64,000 nt of DNA from Naegleria gruberi (taxonomy: Eukaryota), in NCBI GenBank assembly GCA_000004985.1, contig GG738853.1; one strand, written 5' to 3'. A model generated the notes under the pieces. It searched no databases and had not been told where the DNA came from. It saw only the letters and a program-made list of their open reading frames with translations. The position numbers and the translations under genes were made by a program. Of the stretch, positions 30,701 to 42,700 are shown piece by piece. Position 1 is the first letter of the stretch. Each line of letters begins with the position of its first letter.

Positions 30701-33700
30701 NNNNNNNNNNNNNNNNNNNNNNNNNNNNNNNNNNNNNNNNNNNNNNNNNNNNNNNNNNNNNNNNNNNNNNNNNNNNNNNNNNNNNNNNNNNNNNNNNNNN
30801 NNNNNNNNNNNNNNNNNNNNNNNNNNNNNNNNNNNNNNNNNNNNNNNNNNNNNNNNNNNNNNNNNNNNNNNNNNNNNNNNNNNNNNNNNNNNNNNNNNNN
30901 NNNNNNNNNNNNNNNNNNNNNNNNNNNNNNNNNNNNNNNNNNNNNNNNNNNNNNNNNNNNNNNNNNNNNNNNNNNNNNNNNNNNNNNNNNNNNNNNNNNN
31001 NNNNNNNNNNNNNNNNNNNNNNNNNNNNNNNNNNNNNNNNNNNNNNNNNNNNNNNNNNNNNNNNNNNNNNNNNNNNNNNNNNNNNNNNNNNNNNNNNNNN
31101 NNNNNNNNNNNNNNNNNNNNNNNNNNNNNNNNNNNNNNNNNNNNNNNNNNNNNNNNNNNNNNNNNNNNNNNNNNNNNNNNNNNNNNNNNNNNNNNNNNNN
31201 NNNNNNNNNNNNNNNNNNNNNNNNNNNNNNNNNNNNNNNNNNNNNNNNNNNNNNNNNNNNNNNNNNNNNNNNNNNNNNNNNNNNNNNNNNNNNNNNNNNN
31301 NNNNNNNNNNNNNNNNNNNNNNNNNNNNNNNNNNNNNNNNNNNNNNNNNNNNNNNNNNNNNNNNNNNNNNNNNNNNNNNNNNNNNNNNNNNNNNNNNNNN
31401 NNNNNNNNNNNNNNNNNNNNNNNNNNNNNNNNNNNNNNNNNNNNNNNNNNNNNNNNNNNNNNNNNNNNNNNNNNNNNNNNNNNNNNNNNNNNNNNNNNNN
31501 NNNNNNNNNNNNNNNNNNNNNNNNNNNNNNNNNNNNNNNNNNNNNNNNNNNNNNNNNNNNNNNNNNNNNNNNNNNNNNNNNNNNNNNNNNNNNNNNNNNN
31601 NNNNNNNNNNNNNNNNNNNNNNNNNNNNNNNNNNNNNNNNNNNNNNNNNNNNNNNNNNNNNNNNNNNNNNNNNNNNNNNNNNNNNNNNNNNNNNNNNNNN
31701 NNNNNNNNNNNNNNNNNNNNNNNNNNNNNNNNNNNNNNNNNNNNNNNNNNNNNNNNNNNNNNNNNNNNNNNNNNNNNNNNNNNNNNNNNNNNNNNNNNNN
31801 NNNNNNNNNNNNNNNNNNNNNNNNNNNNNNNNNNNNNNNNNNNNNNNNNNNNNNNNNNNNNNNNNNNNNNNNNNNNNNNNNNNNNNNNNNNNNNNNNNNN
31901 NNNNNNNNNNNNNNNNNNNNNNNNNNNNNNNNNNNNNNNNNNNNNNNNNNNNNNNNNNNNNNNNNNNNNNNNNNNNNNNNNNNNNNNNNNNNNNNNNNNN
32001 NNNNNNNNNNNNNNNNNNNNNNNNNNNNNNNNNNNNNNNNNNNNNNNNNNNNNNNNNNNNNNNNNNNNNNNNNNNNNNNNNNNNNNNNNNNNNNNNNNNN
32101 NNNNNNNNNNNNNNNNNNNNNNNNNNNNNNNNNNNNNNNNNNNNNNNNNNNNNNNNNNNNNNNNNNNNNNNNNNNNNNNNNNNNNNNNNNNNNNNNNNNN
32201 NNNNNNNNNNNNNNNNNNNNNNNNNNNNNNNNNNNNNNNNNNNNNNNNNNNNNNNNNNNNNNNNNNNNNNNNNNNNNNNNNNNNNNNNNNNNNNNNNNNN
32301 NNNNNNNNNNNNNNNNNNNNNNNNNNNNNNNNNNNNNNNNNNNNNNNNNNNNNNNNNNNNNNNNNNNNNNNNNNNNNNNNNNNNNNNNNNNNNNNNNNNN
32401 NNNNNNNNNNNNNNNNNNNNNNNNNNNNNNNNNNNNNNNNNNNNNNNNNNNNNNNNNNNNNNNNNNNNNNNNNNNNNNNNNNNNNNNNNNNNNNNNNNNN
32501 NNNNNNNNNNNNNNNNNNNNNNNNNNNNNNNNNNNNNNNNNNNNNNNNNNNNNNNNNNNNNNNNNNNNNNNNNNNNNNNNNNNNNNNNNNNNNNNNNNNN
32601 NNNNNNNNNNNNNNNNNNNNNNNNNNNNNNNNNNNNNNNNNNNNNNNNNNNNNNNNNNNNNNNNNNNNNNNNNNNNNNNNNNNNNNNNNNNNNNNNNNNN
32701 NNNNNNNNNNNNNNNNNNNNNNNNNNNNNNNNNNNNNNNNNNNNNNNNNNNNNNNNNNNNNNNNNNNNNNNNNNNNNNNNNNNNNNNNNNNNNNNNNNNN
32801 NNNNNNNNNNNNNNNNNNNNNNNNNNNNNNNNNNNNNNNNNNNNNNNNNNNNNNNNNNNNNNNNNNNNNNNNNNNNNNNNNNNNNNNNNNNNNNNNNNNN
32901 NNNNNNNNNNNNNNNNNNNNNNNNNNNNNNNNNNNNNNNNNNNNNNNNNNNNNNNNNNNNNNNNNNNNNNNNNNNNNNNNNNNNNNNNNNNNNNNNNNNN
33001 NNNNNNNNNNNNNNNNNNNNNNNNNNNNNNNNNNNNNNNNNNNNNNNNNNNNNNNNNNNNNNNNNNNNNNNNNNNNNNNNNNNNNNNNNNNNNNNNNNNN
33101 NNNNNNNNNNNNNNNNNNNNNNNNNNNNNNNNNNNNNNNNNNNNNNNNNNNNNNNNNNNNNNNNNNNNNNNNNNNNNNNNNNNNNNNNNNNNNNNNNNNN
33201 NNNNNNNNNNNNNNNNNNNNNNNNNNNNNNNNNNNNNNNNNNNNNNNNNNNNNNNNNNNNNNNNNNNNNNNNNNNNNNNNNNNNNNNNNNNNNNNNNNNN
33301 NNNNNNNNNNNNNNNNNNNNNNNNNNNNNNNNNNNNNNNNNNNNNNNNNNNNNNNNNNNNNNNNNNNNNNNNNNNNNNNNNNNNNNNNNNNNNNNNNNNN
33401 NNNNNNNNNNNNNNNNNNNNNNNNNNNNNNNNNNNNNNNNNNNNNNNNNNNNNNNNNNNNNNNNNNNNNNNNNNNNNNNNNNNNNNNNNNNNNNNNNNNN
33501 NNNNNNNNNNNNNNNNNNNNNNNNNNNNNNNNNNNNNNNNNNNNNNNNNNNNNNNNNNNNNNNNNNNNNNNNNNNNNNNNNNNNNNNNNNNNNNNNNNNN
33601 NNNNNNNNNNNNNNNNNNNNNNNNNNNNNNNNNNNNNNNNNNNNNNNNNNNNNNNNNNNNNNNNNNNNNNNNNNNNNNNNNNNNNNNNNNNNNNNNNNNN

Positions 33701-36700
33701 NNNNNNNNNNNNNNNNNNNNNNNNNNNNNNNNNNNNNNNNNNNNNNNNNNNNNNNNNNNNNNNNNNNNNNNNNNNNNNNNNNNNNNNNNNNNNNNNNNNN
33801 NNNNNNNNNNNNNNNNNNNNNNNNNNNNNNNNNNNNNNNNNNNNNNNNNNNNNNNNNNNNNNNNNNNNNNNNNNNNNNNNNNNNNNNNNNNNNNNNNNNN
33901 NNNNNNNNNNNNNNNNNNNNNNNNNNNNNNNNNNNNNNNNNNNNNNNNNNNNNNNNNNNNNNNNNNNNNNNNNNNNNNNNNNNNNNNNNNNNNNNNNNNN
34001 NNNNNNNNNNNNNNNNNNNNNNNNNNNNNNNNNNNNNNNNNNNNNNNNNNNNNNNNNNNNNNNNNNNNNNNNNNNNNNNNNNNNNNNNNNNNNNNNNNNN
34101 NNNNNNNNNNNNNNNNNNNNNNNNNNNNNNNNNNNNNNNNNNNNNNNNNNNNNNNNNNNNNNNNNNNNNNNNNNNNNNNNNNNNNNNNNNNNNNNNNNNN
34201 NNNNNNNNNNNNNNNNNNNNNNNNNNNNNNNNNNNNNNNNNNNNNNNNNNNNNNNNNNNNNNNNNNNNNNNNNNNNNNNNNNNNNNNNNNNNNNNNNNNN
34301 NNNNNNNNNNNNNNNNNNNNNNNNNNNNNNNNNNNNNNNNNNNNNNNNNNNNNNNNNNNNNNNNNNNNNNNNNNNNNNNNNNNNNNNNNNNNNNNNNNNN
34401 NNNNNNNNNNNNNNNNNNNNNNNNNNNNNNNNNNNNNNNNNNNNNNNNNNNNNNNNNNNNNNNNNNNNNNNNNNNNNNNNNNNNNNNNNNNNNNNNNNNN
34501 NNNNNNNNNNNNNNNNNNNNNNNNNNNNNNNNNNNNNNNNNNNNNNNNNNNNNNNNNNNNNNNNNNNNNNNNNNNNNNNNNNNNNNNNNNNNNNNNNNNN
34601 NNNNNNNNNNNNNNNNNNNNNNNNNNNNNNNNNNNNNNNNNNNNNNNNNNNNNNNNNNNNNNNNNNNNNNNNNNNNNNNNNNNNNNNNNNNNNNNNNNNN
34701 NNNNNNNNNNNNNNNNNNNNNNNNNNNNNNNNNNNNNNNNNNNNNNNNNNNNNNNNNNNNNNNNNNNNNNNNNNNNNNNNNNNNNNNNNNNNNNNNNNNN
34801 NNNNNNNNNNNNNNNNNNNNNNNNNNNNNNNNNNNNNNNNNNNNNNNNNNNNNNNNNNNNNNNNNNNNNNNNNNNNNNNNNNNNNNNNNNNNNNNNNNNN
34901 NNNNNNNNNNNNNNNNNNNNNNNNNNNNNNNNNNNNNNNNNNNNNNNNNNNNNNNNNNNNNNNNNNNNNNNNNNNNNNNNNNNNNNNNNNNNNNNNNNNN
35001 NNNNNNNNNNNNNNNNNNNNNNNNNNNNNNNNNNNNNNNNNNNNNNNNNNNNNNNNNNNNNNNNNNNNNNNNNNNNNNNNNNNNNNNNNNNNNNNNNNNN
35101 NNNNNNNNNNNNNNNNNNNNNNNNNNNNNNNNNNNNNNNNNNNNNNNNNNNNNNNNNNNNNNNNNNNNNNNNNNNNNNNNNNNNNNNNNNNNNNNNNNNN
35201 NNNNNNNNNNNNNNNNNNNNNNNNNNNNNNNNNNNNNNNNNNNNNNNNNNNNNNNNNNNNNNNNNNNNNNNNNNNNNNNNNNNNNNNNNNNNNNNNNNNN
35301 NNNNNNNNNNNNNNNNNNNNNNNNNNNNNNNNNNNNNNNNNNNNNNNNNNNNNNNNNNNNNNNNNNNNNNNNNNNNNNNNNNNNNNNNNNNNNNNNNNNN
35401 NNNNNNNNNNNNNNNNNNNNNNNNNNNNNNNNNNNNNNNNNNNNNNNNNNNNNNNNNNNNNNNNNNNNNNNNNNNNNNNNNNNNNNNNNNNNNNNNNNNN
35501 NNNNNNNNNNNNNNNNNNNNNNNNNNNNNNNNNNNNNNNNNNNNNNNNNNNNNNNNNNNNNNNNNNNNNNNNNNNNNNNNNNNNNNNNNNNNNNNNNNNN
35601 NNNNNNNNNNNNNNNNNNNNNNNNNNNNNNNNNNNNNNNNNNNNNNNNNNNNNNNNNNNNNNNNNNNNNNNNNNNNNNNNNNNNNNNNNNNNNNNNNNNN
35701 NNNNNNNNNNNNNNNNNNNNNNNNNNNNNNNNNNNNNNNNNNNNNNNNNNNNNNNNNNNNNNNNNNNNNNNNNNNNNNNNNNNNNNNNNNNNNNNNNNNN
35801 NNNNNNNNNNNNNNNNNNNNNNNNNNNNNNNNNNNNNNNNNNNNNNNNNNNNNNNNNNNNNNNNNNNNNNNNNNNNNNNNNNNNNNNNNNNNNNNNNNNN
35901 NNNNNNNNNNNNNNNNNNNNNNNNNNNNNNNNNNNNNNNNNNNNNNNNNNNNNNNNNNNNNNNNNNNNNNNNNNNNNNNNNNNNNNNNNNNNNNNNNNNN
36001 NNNNNNNNNNNNNNNNNNNNNNNNNNNNNNNNNNNNNNNNNNNNNNNNNNNNNNNNNNNNNNNNNNNNNNNNNNNNNNNNNNNNNNNNNNNNNNNNNNNN
36101 NNNNNNNNNNNNNNNNNNNNNNNNNNNNNNNNNNNNNNNNNNNNNNNNNNNNNNNNNNNNNNNNNNNNNNNNNNNNNNNNNNNNNNNNNNNNNNNNNNNN
36201 NNNNNNNNNNNNNNNNNNNNNNNNNNNNNNNNNNNNNNNNNNNNNNNNNNNNNNNNNNNNNNNNNNNNNNNNNNNNNNNNNNNNNNNNNNNNNNNNNNNN
36301 NNNNNNNNNNNNNNNNNNNNNNNNNNNNNNNNNNNNNNNNNNNNNNNNNNNNNNNNNNNNNNNNNNNNNNNNNNNNNNNNNNNNNNNNNNNNNNNNNNNN
36401 NNNNNNNNNNNNNNNNNNNNNNNNNNNNNNNNNNNNNNNNNNNNNNNNNNNNNNNNNNNNNNNNNNNNNNNNNNNNNNNNNNNNNNNNNNNNNNNNNNNN
36501 NNNNNNNNNNNNNNNNNNNNNNNNNNNNNNNNNNNNNNNNNNNNNNNNNNNNNNNNNNNNNNNNNNNNNNNNNNNNNNNNNNNNNNNNNNNNNNNNNNNN
36601 NNNNNNNNNNNNNNNNNNNNNNNNNNNNNNNNNNNNNNNNNNNNNNNNNNNNNNNNNNNNNNNNNNNNNNNNNNNNNNNNNNNNNNNNNNNNNNNNNNNN

Positions 36701-39700
36701 NNNNNNNNNNNNNNNNNNNNNNNNNNNNNNNNNNNNNNNNNNNNNNNNNNNNNNNNNNNNNNNNNNNNNNNNNNNNNNNNNNNNNNNNNNNNNNNNNNNN
36801 NNNNNNNNNNNNNNNNNNNNNNNNNNNNNNNNNNNNNNNNNNNNNNNNNNNNNNNNNNNNNNNNNNNNNNNNNNNNNNNNNNNNNNNNNNNNNNNNNNNN
36901 NNNNNNNNNNNNNNNNNNNNNNNNNNNNNNNNNNNNNNNNNNNNNNNNNNNNNNNNNNNNNNNNNNNNNNNNNNNNNNNNNNNNNNNNNNNNNNNNNNNN
37001 NNNNNNNNNNNNNNNNNNNNNNNNNNNNNNNNNNNNNNNNNNNNNNNNNNNNNNNNNNNNNNNNNNNNNNNNNNNNNNNNNNNNNNNNNNNNNNNNNNNN
37101 NNNNNNNNNNNNNNNNNNNNNNNNNNNNNNNNNNNNNNNNNNNNNNNNNNNNNNNNNNNNNNNNNNNNNNNNNNNNNNNNNNNNNNNNNNNNNNNNNNNN
37201 NNNNNNNNNNNNNNNNNNNNNNNNNNNNNNNNNNNNNNNNNNNNNNNNNNNNNNNNNNNNNNNNNNNNNNNNNNNNNNNNNNNNNNNNNNNNNNNNNNNN
37301 NNNNNNNNNNNNNNNNNNNNNNNNNNNNNNNNNNNNNNNNNNNNNNNNNNNNNNNNNNNNNNNNNNNNNNNNNNNNNNNNNNNNNNNNNNNNNNNNNNNN
37401 NNNNNNNNNNNNNNNNNNNNNNNNNNNNNNNNNNNNNNNNNNNNNNNNNNNNNNNNNNNNNNNNNNNNNNNNNNNNNNNNNNNNNNNNNNNNNNNNNNNN
37501 NNNNNNNNNNNNNNNNNNNNNNNNNNNNNNNNNNNNNNNNNNNNNNNNNNNNNNNNNNNNNNNNNNNNNNNNNNNNNNNNNNNNNNNNNNNNNNNNNNNN
37601 NNNNNNNNNNNNNNNNNNNNNNNNNNNNNNNNNNNNNNNNNNNNNNNNNNNNNNNNNNNNNNNNNNNNNNNNNNNNNNNNNNNNNNNNNNNNNNNNNNNN
37701 NNNNNNNNNNNNNNNNNNNNNNNNNNNNNNNNNNNNNNNNNNNNNNNNNNNNNNNNNNNNNNNNNNNNNNNNNNNNNNNNNNNNNNNNNNNNNNNNNNNN
37801 NNNNNNNNNNNNNNNNNNNNNNNNNNNNNNNNNNNNNNNNNNNNNNNNNNNNNNNNNNNNNNNNNNNNNNNNNNNNNNNNNNNNNNNNNNNNNNNNNNNN
37901 NNNNNNNNNNNNNNNNNNNNNNNNNNNNNNNNNNNNNNNNNNNNNNNNNNNNNNNNNNNNNNNNNNNNNNNNNNNNNNNNNNNNNNNNNNNNNNNNNNNN
38001 NNNNNNNNNNNNNNNNNNNNNNNNNNNNNNNNNNNNNNNNNNNNNNNNNNNNNNNNNNNNNNNNNNNNNNNNNNNNNNNNNNNNNNNNNNNNNNNNNNNN
38101 NNNNNNNNNNNNNNNNNNNNNNNNNNNNNNNNNNNNNNNNNNNNNNNNNNNNNNNNNNNNNNNNNNNNNNNNNNNNNNNNNNNNNNNNNNNNNNNNNNNN
38201 NNNNNNNNNNNNNNNNNNNNNNNNNNNNNNNNNNNNNNNNNNNNNNNNNNNNNNNNNNNNNNNNNNNNNNNNNNNNNNNNNNNNNNNNNNNNNNNNNNNN
38301 NNNNNNNNNNNNNNNNNNNNNNNNNNNNNNNNNNNNNNNNNNNNNNNNNNNNNNNNNNNNNNNNNNNNNNNNNNNNNNNNNNNNNNNNNNNNNNNNNNNN
38401 NNNNNNNNNNNNNNNNNNNNNNNNNNNNNNNNNNNNNNNNNNNNNNNNNNNNNNNNNNNNNNNNNNNNNNNNNNNNNNNNNNNNNNNNNNNNNNNNNNNN
38501 NNNNNNNNNNNNNNNNNNNNNNNNNNNNNNNNNNNNNNNNNNNNNNNNNNNNNNNNNNNNNNNNNNNNNNNNNNNNNNNNNNNNNNNNNNNNNNNNNNNN
38601 NNNNNNNNNNNNNNNNNNNNNNNNNNNNNNNNNNNNNNNNNNNNNNNNNNNNNNNNNNNNNNNNNNNNNNNNNNNNNNNNNNNNNNNNNNNNNNNNNNNN
38701 NNNNNNNNNNNNNNNNNNNNNNNNNNNNNNNNNNNNNNNNNNNNNNNNNNNNNNNNNNNNNNNNNNNNNNNNNNNNNNNNNNNNNNNNNNNNNNNNNNNN
38801 NNNNNNNNNNNNNNNNNNNNNNNNNNNNNNNNNNNNNNNNNNNNNNNNNNNNNNNNNNNNNNNNNNNNNNNNNNNNNNNNNNNNNNNNNNNNNNNNNNNN
38901 NNNNNNNNNNNNNNNNNNNNNNNNNNNNNNNNNNNNNNNNNNNNNNNNNNNNNNNNNNNNNNNNNNNNNNNNNNNNNNNNNNNNNNNNNNNNNNNNNNNN
39001 NNNNNNNNNNNNNNNNNNNNNNNNNNNNNNNNNNNNNNNNNNNNNNNNNNNNNNNNNNNNNNNNNNNNNNNNNNNNNNNNNNNNNNNNNNNNNNNNNNNN
39101 NNNNNNNNNNNNNNNNNNNNNNNNNNNNNNNNNNNNNNNNNNNNNNNNNNNNNNNNNNNNNNNNNNNNNNNNNNNNNNNNNNNNNNNNNNNNNNNNNNNN
39201 NNNNNNNNNNNNNNNNNNNNNNNNNNNNNNNNNNNNNNNNNNNNNNNNNNNNNNNNNNNNNNNNNNNNNNNNNNNNNNNNNNNNNNNNNNNNNNNNNNNN
39301 NNNNNNNNNNNNNNNNNNNNNNNNNNNNNNNNNNNNNNNNNNNNNNNNNNNNNNNNNNNNNNNNNNNNNNNNNNNNNNNNNNNNNNNNNNNNNNNNNNNN
39401 NNNNNNNNNNNNNNNNNNNNNNNNNNNNNNNNNNNNNNNNNNNNNNNNNNNNNNNNNNNNNNNNNNNNNNNNNNNNNNNNNNNNNNNNNNNNNNNNNNNN
39501 NNNNNNNNNNNNNNNNNNNNNNNNNNNNNNNNNNNNNNNNNNNNNNNNNNNNNNNNNNNNNNNNNNNNNNNNNNNNNNNNNNNNNNNNNNNNNNNNNNNN
39601 NNNNNNNNNNNNNNNNNNNNNNNNNNNNNNNNNNNNNNNNNNNNNNNNNNNNNNNNNNNNNNNNNNNNNNNNNNNNNNNNNNNNNNNNNNNNNNNNNNNN

Positions 39701-42700
39701 NNNNNNNNNNNNNNNNNNNNNNNNNNNNNNNNNNNNNNNNNNNNNNNNNNNNNNNNNNNNNNNNNNNNNNNNNNNNNNNNNNNNNNNNNNNNNNNNNNNN
39801 NNNNNNNNNNNNNNNNNNNNNNNNNNNNNNNNNNNNNNNNNNNNNNNNNNNNNNNNNNNNNNNNNNNNNNNNNNNNNNNNNNNNNNNNNNNNNNNNNNNN
39901 NNNNNNNNNNNNNNNNNNNNNNNNNNNNNNNNNNNNNNNNNNNNNNNNNNNNNNNNNNNNNNNNNNNNNNNNNNNNNNNNNNNNNNNNNNNNNNNNNNNN
40001 NNNNNNNNNNNNNNNNNNNNNNNNNNNNNNNNNNNNNNNNNNNNNNNNNNNNNNNNNNNNNNNNNNNNNNNNNNNNNNNNNNNNNNNNNNNNNNNNNNNN
40101 NNNNNNNNNNNNNNNNNNNNNNNNNNNNNNNNNNNNNNNNNNNNNNNNNNNNNNNNNNNNNNNNNNNNNNNNNNNNNNNNNNNNNNNNNNNNNNNNNNNN
40201 NNNNNNNNNNNNNNNNNNNNNNNNNNNNNNNNNNNNNNNNNNNNNNNNNNNNNNNNNNNNNNNNNNNNNNNNNNNNNNNNNNNNNNNNNNNNNNNNNNNN
40301 NNNNNNNNNNNNNNNNNNNNNNNNNNNNNNNNNNNNNNNNNNNNNNNNNNNNNNNNNNNNNNNNNNNNNNNNNNNNNNNNNNNNNNNNNNNNNNNNNNNN
40401 NNNNNNNNNNNNNNNNNNNNNNNNNNNNNNNNNNNNNNNNNNNNNNNNNNNNNNNNNNNNNNNNNNNNNNNNNNNNNNNNNNNNNNNNNNNNNNNNNNNN
40501 NNNNNNNNNNNNNNNNNNNNNNNNNNNNNNNNNNNNNNNNNNNNNNNNNNNNNNNNNNNNNNNNNNNNNNNNNNNNNNNNNNNNNNNNNNNNNNNNNNNN
40601 NNNNNNNNNNNNNNNNNNNNNNNNNNNNNNNNNNNNNNNNNNNNNNNNNNNNNNNNNNNNNNNNNNNNNNNNNNNNNNNNNNNNNNNNNNNNNNNNNNNN
40701 NNNNNNNNNNNNNNNNNNNNNNNNNNNNNNNNNNNNNNNNNNNNNNNNNNNNNNNNNNNNNNNNNNNNNNNNNNNNNNNNNNNNNNNNNNNNNNNNNNNN
40801 NNNNNNNNNNNNNNNNNNNNNNNNNNNNNNNNNNNNNNNNNNNNNNNNNNNNNNNNNNNNNNNNNNNNNNNNNNNNNNNNNNNNNNNNNNNNNNNNNNNN
40901 NNNNNNNNNNNNNNNNNNNNNNNNNNNNNNNNNNNNNNNNNNNNNNNNNNNNNNNNNNNNNNNNNNNNNNNNNNNNNNNNNNNNNNNNNNNNNNNNNNNN
41001 NNNNNNNNNNNNNNNNNNNNNNNNNNNNNNNNNNNNNNNNNNNNNNNNNNNNNNNNNNNNNNNNNNNNNNNNNNNNNNNNNNNNNNNNNNNNNNNNNNNN
41101 NNNNNNNNNNNNNNNNNNNNNNNNNNNNNNNNNNNNNNNNNNNNNNNNNNNNNNNNNNNNNNNNNNNNNNNNNNNNNNNNNNNNNNNNNNNNNNNNNNNN
41201 NNNNNNNNNNNNNNNNNNNNNNNNNNNNNNNNNNNNNNNNNNNNNNNNNNNNNNNNNNNNNNNNNNNNNNNNNNNNNNNNNNNNNNNNNNNNNNNNNNNN
41301 NNNNNNNNNNNNNNNNNNNNNNNNNNNNNNNNNNNNNNNNNNNNNNNNNNNNNNNNNNNNNNNNNNNNNNNNNNNNNNNNNNNNNNNNNNNNNNNNNNNN
41401 NNNNNNNNNNNNNNNNNNNNNNNNNNNNNNNNNNNNNNNNNNNNNNNNNNNNNNNNNNNNNNNNNNNNNNNNNNNNNNNNNNNNNNNNNNNNNNNNNNNN
41501 NNNNNNNNNNNNNNNNNNNNNNNNNNNNNNNNNNNNNNNNNNNNNNNNNNNNNNNNNNNNNNNNNNNNNNNNNNNNNNNNNNNNNNNNNNNNNNNNNNNN
41601 NNNNNNNNNNNNNNNNNNNNNNNNNNNNNNNNNNNNNNNNNNNNNNNNNNNNNNNNNNNNNNNNNNNNNNNNNNNNNNNNNNNNNNNNNNNNNNNNNNNN
41701 NNNNNNNNNNNNNNNNNNNNNNNNNNNNNNNNNNNNNNNNNNNNNNNNNNNNNNNNNNNNNNNNNNNNNNNNNNNNNNNNNNNNNNNNNNNNNNNNNNNN
41801 NNNNNNNNNNNNNNNNNNNNNNNNNNNNNNNNNNNNNNNNNNNNNNNNNNNNNNNNNNNNNNNNNNNNNNNNNNNNNNNNNNNNNNNNNNNNNNNNNNNN
41901 NNNNNNNNNNNNNNNNNNNNNNNNNNNNNNNNNNNNNNNNNNNNNNNNNNNNNNNNNNNNNNNNNNNNNNNNNNNNNNNNNNNNNNNNNNNNNNNNNNNN
42001 NNNNNNNNNNNNNNNNNNNNNNNNNNNNNNNNNNNNNNNNNNNNNNNNNNNNNNNNNNNNNNNNNNNNNNNNNNNNNNNNNNNNNNNNNNNNNNNNNNNN
42101 NNNNNNNNNNNNNNNNNNNNNNNNNNNNNNNNNNNNNNNNNNNNNNNNNNNNNNNNNNNNNNNNNNNNNNNNNNNNNNNNNNNNNNNNNNNNNNNNNNNN
42201 NNNNNNNNNNNNNNNNNNNNNNNNNNNNNNNNNNNNNNNNNNNNNNNNNNNNNNNNNNNNNNNNNNNNNNNNNNNNNNNNNNNNNNNNNNNNNNNNNNNN
42301 NNNNNNNNNNNNNNNNNNNNNNNNNNNNNNNNNNNNNNNNNNNNNNNNNNNNNNNNNNNNNNNNNNNNNNNNNNNNNNNNNNNNNNNNNNNNNNNNNNNN
42401 NNNNNNNNNNNNNNNNNNNNNNNNNNNNNNNNNNNNNNNNNNNNNNNNNNNNNNNNNNNNNNNNNNNNNNNNNNNNNNNNNNNNNNNNNNNNNNNNNNNN
42501 NNNNNNNNNNNNNNNNNNNNNNNNNNNNNNNNNNNNNNNNNNNNNNNNNNNNNNNNNNNNNNNNNNNNNNNNNNNNNNNNNNNNNNNNNNNNNNNNNNNN
42601 NNNNNNNNNNNNNNNNNNNNNNNNNNNNNNNNNNNNNNNNNNNNNNNNNNNNNNNNNNNNNNNNNNNNNNNNNNNNNNNNNNNNNNNNNNNNNNNNNNNN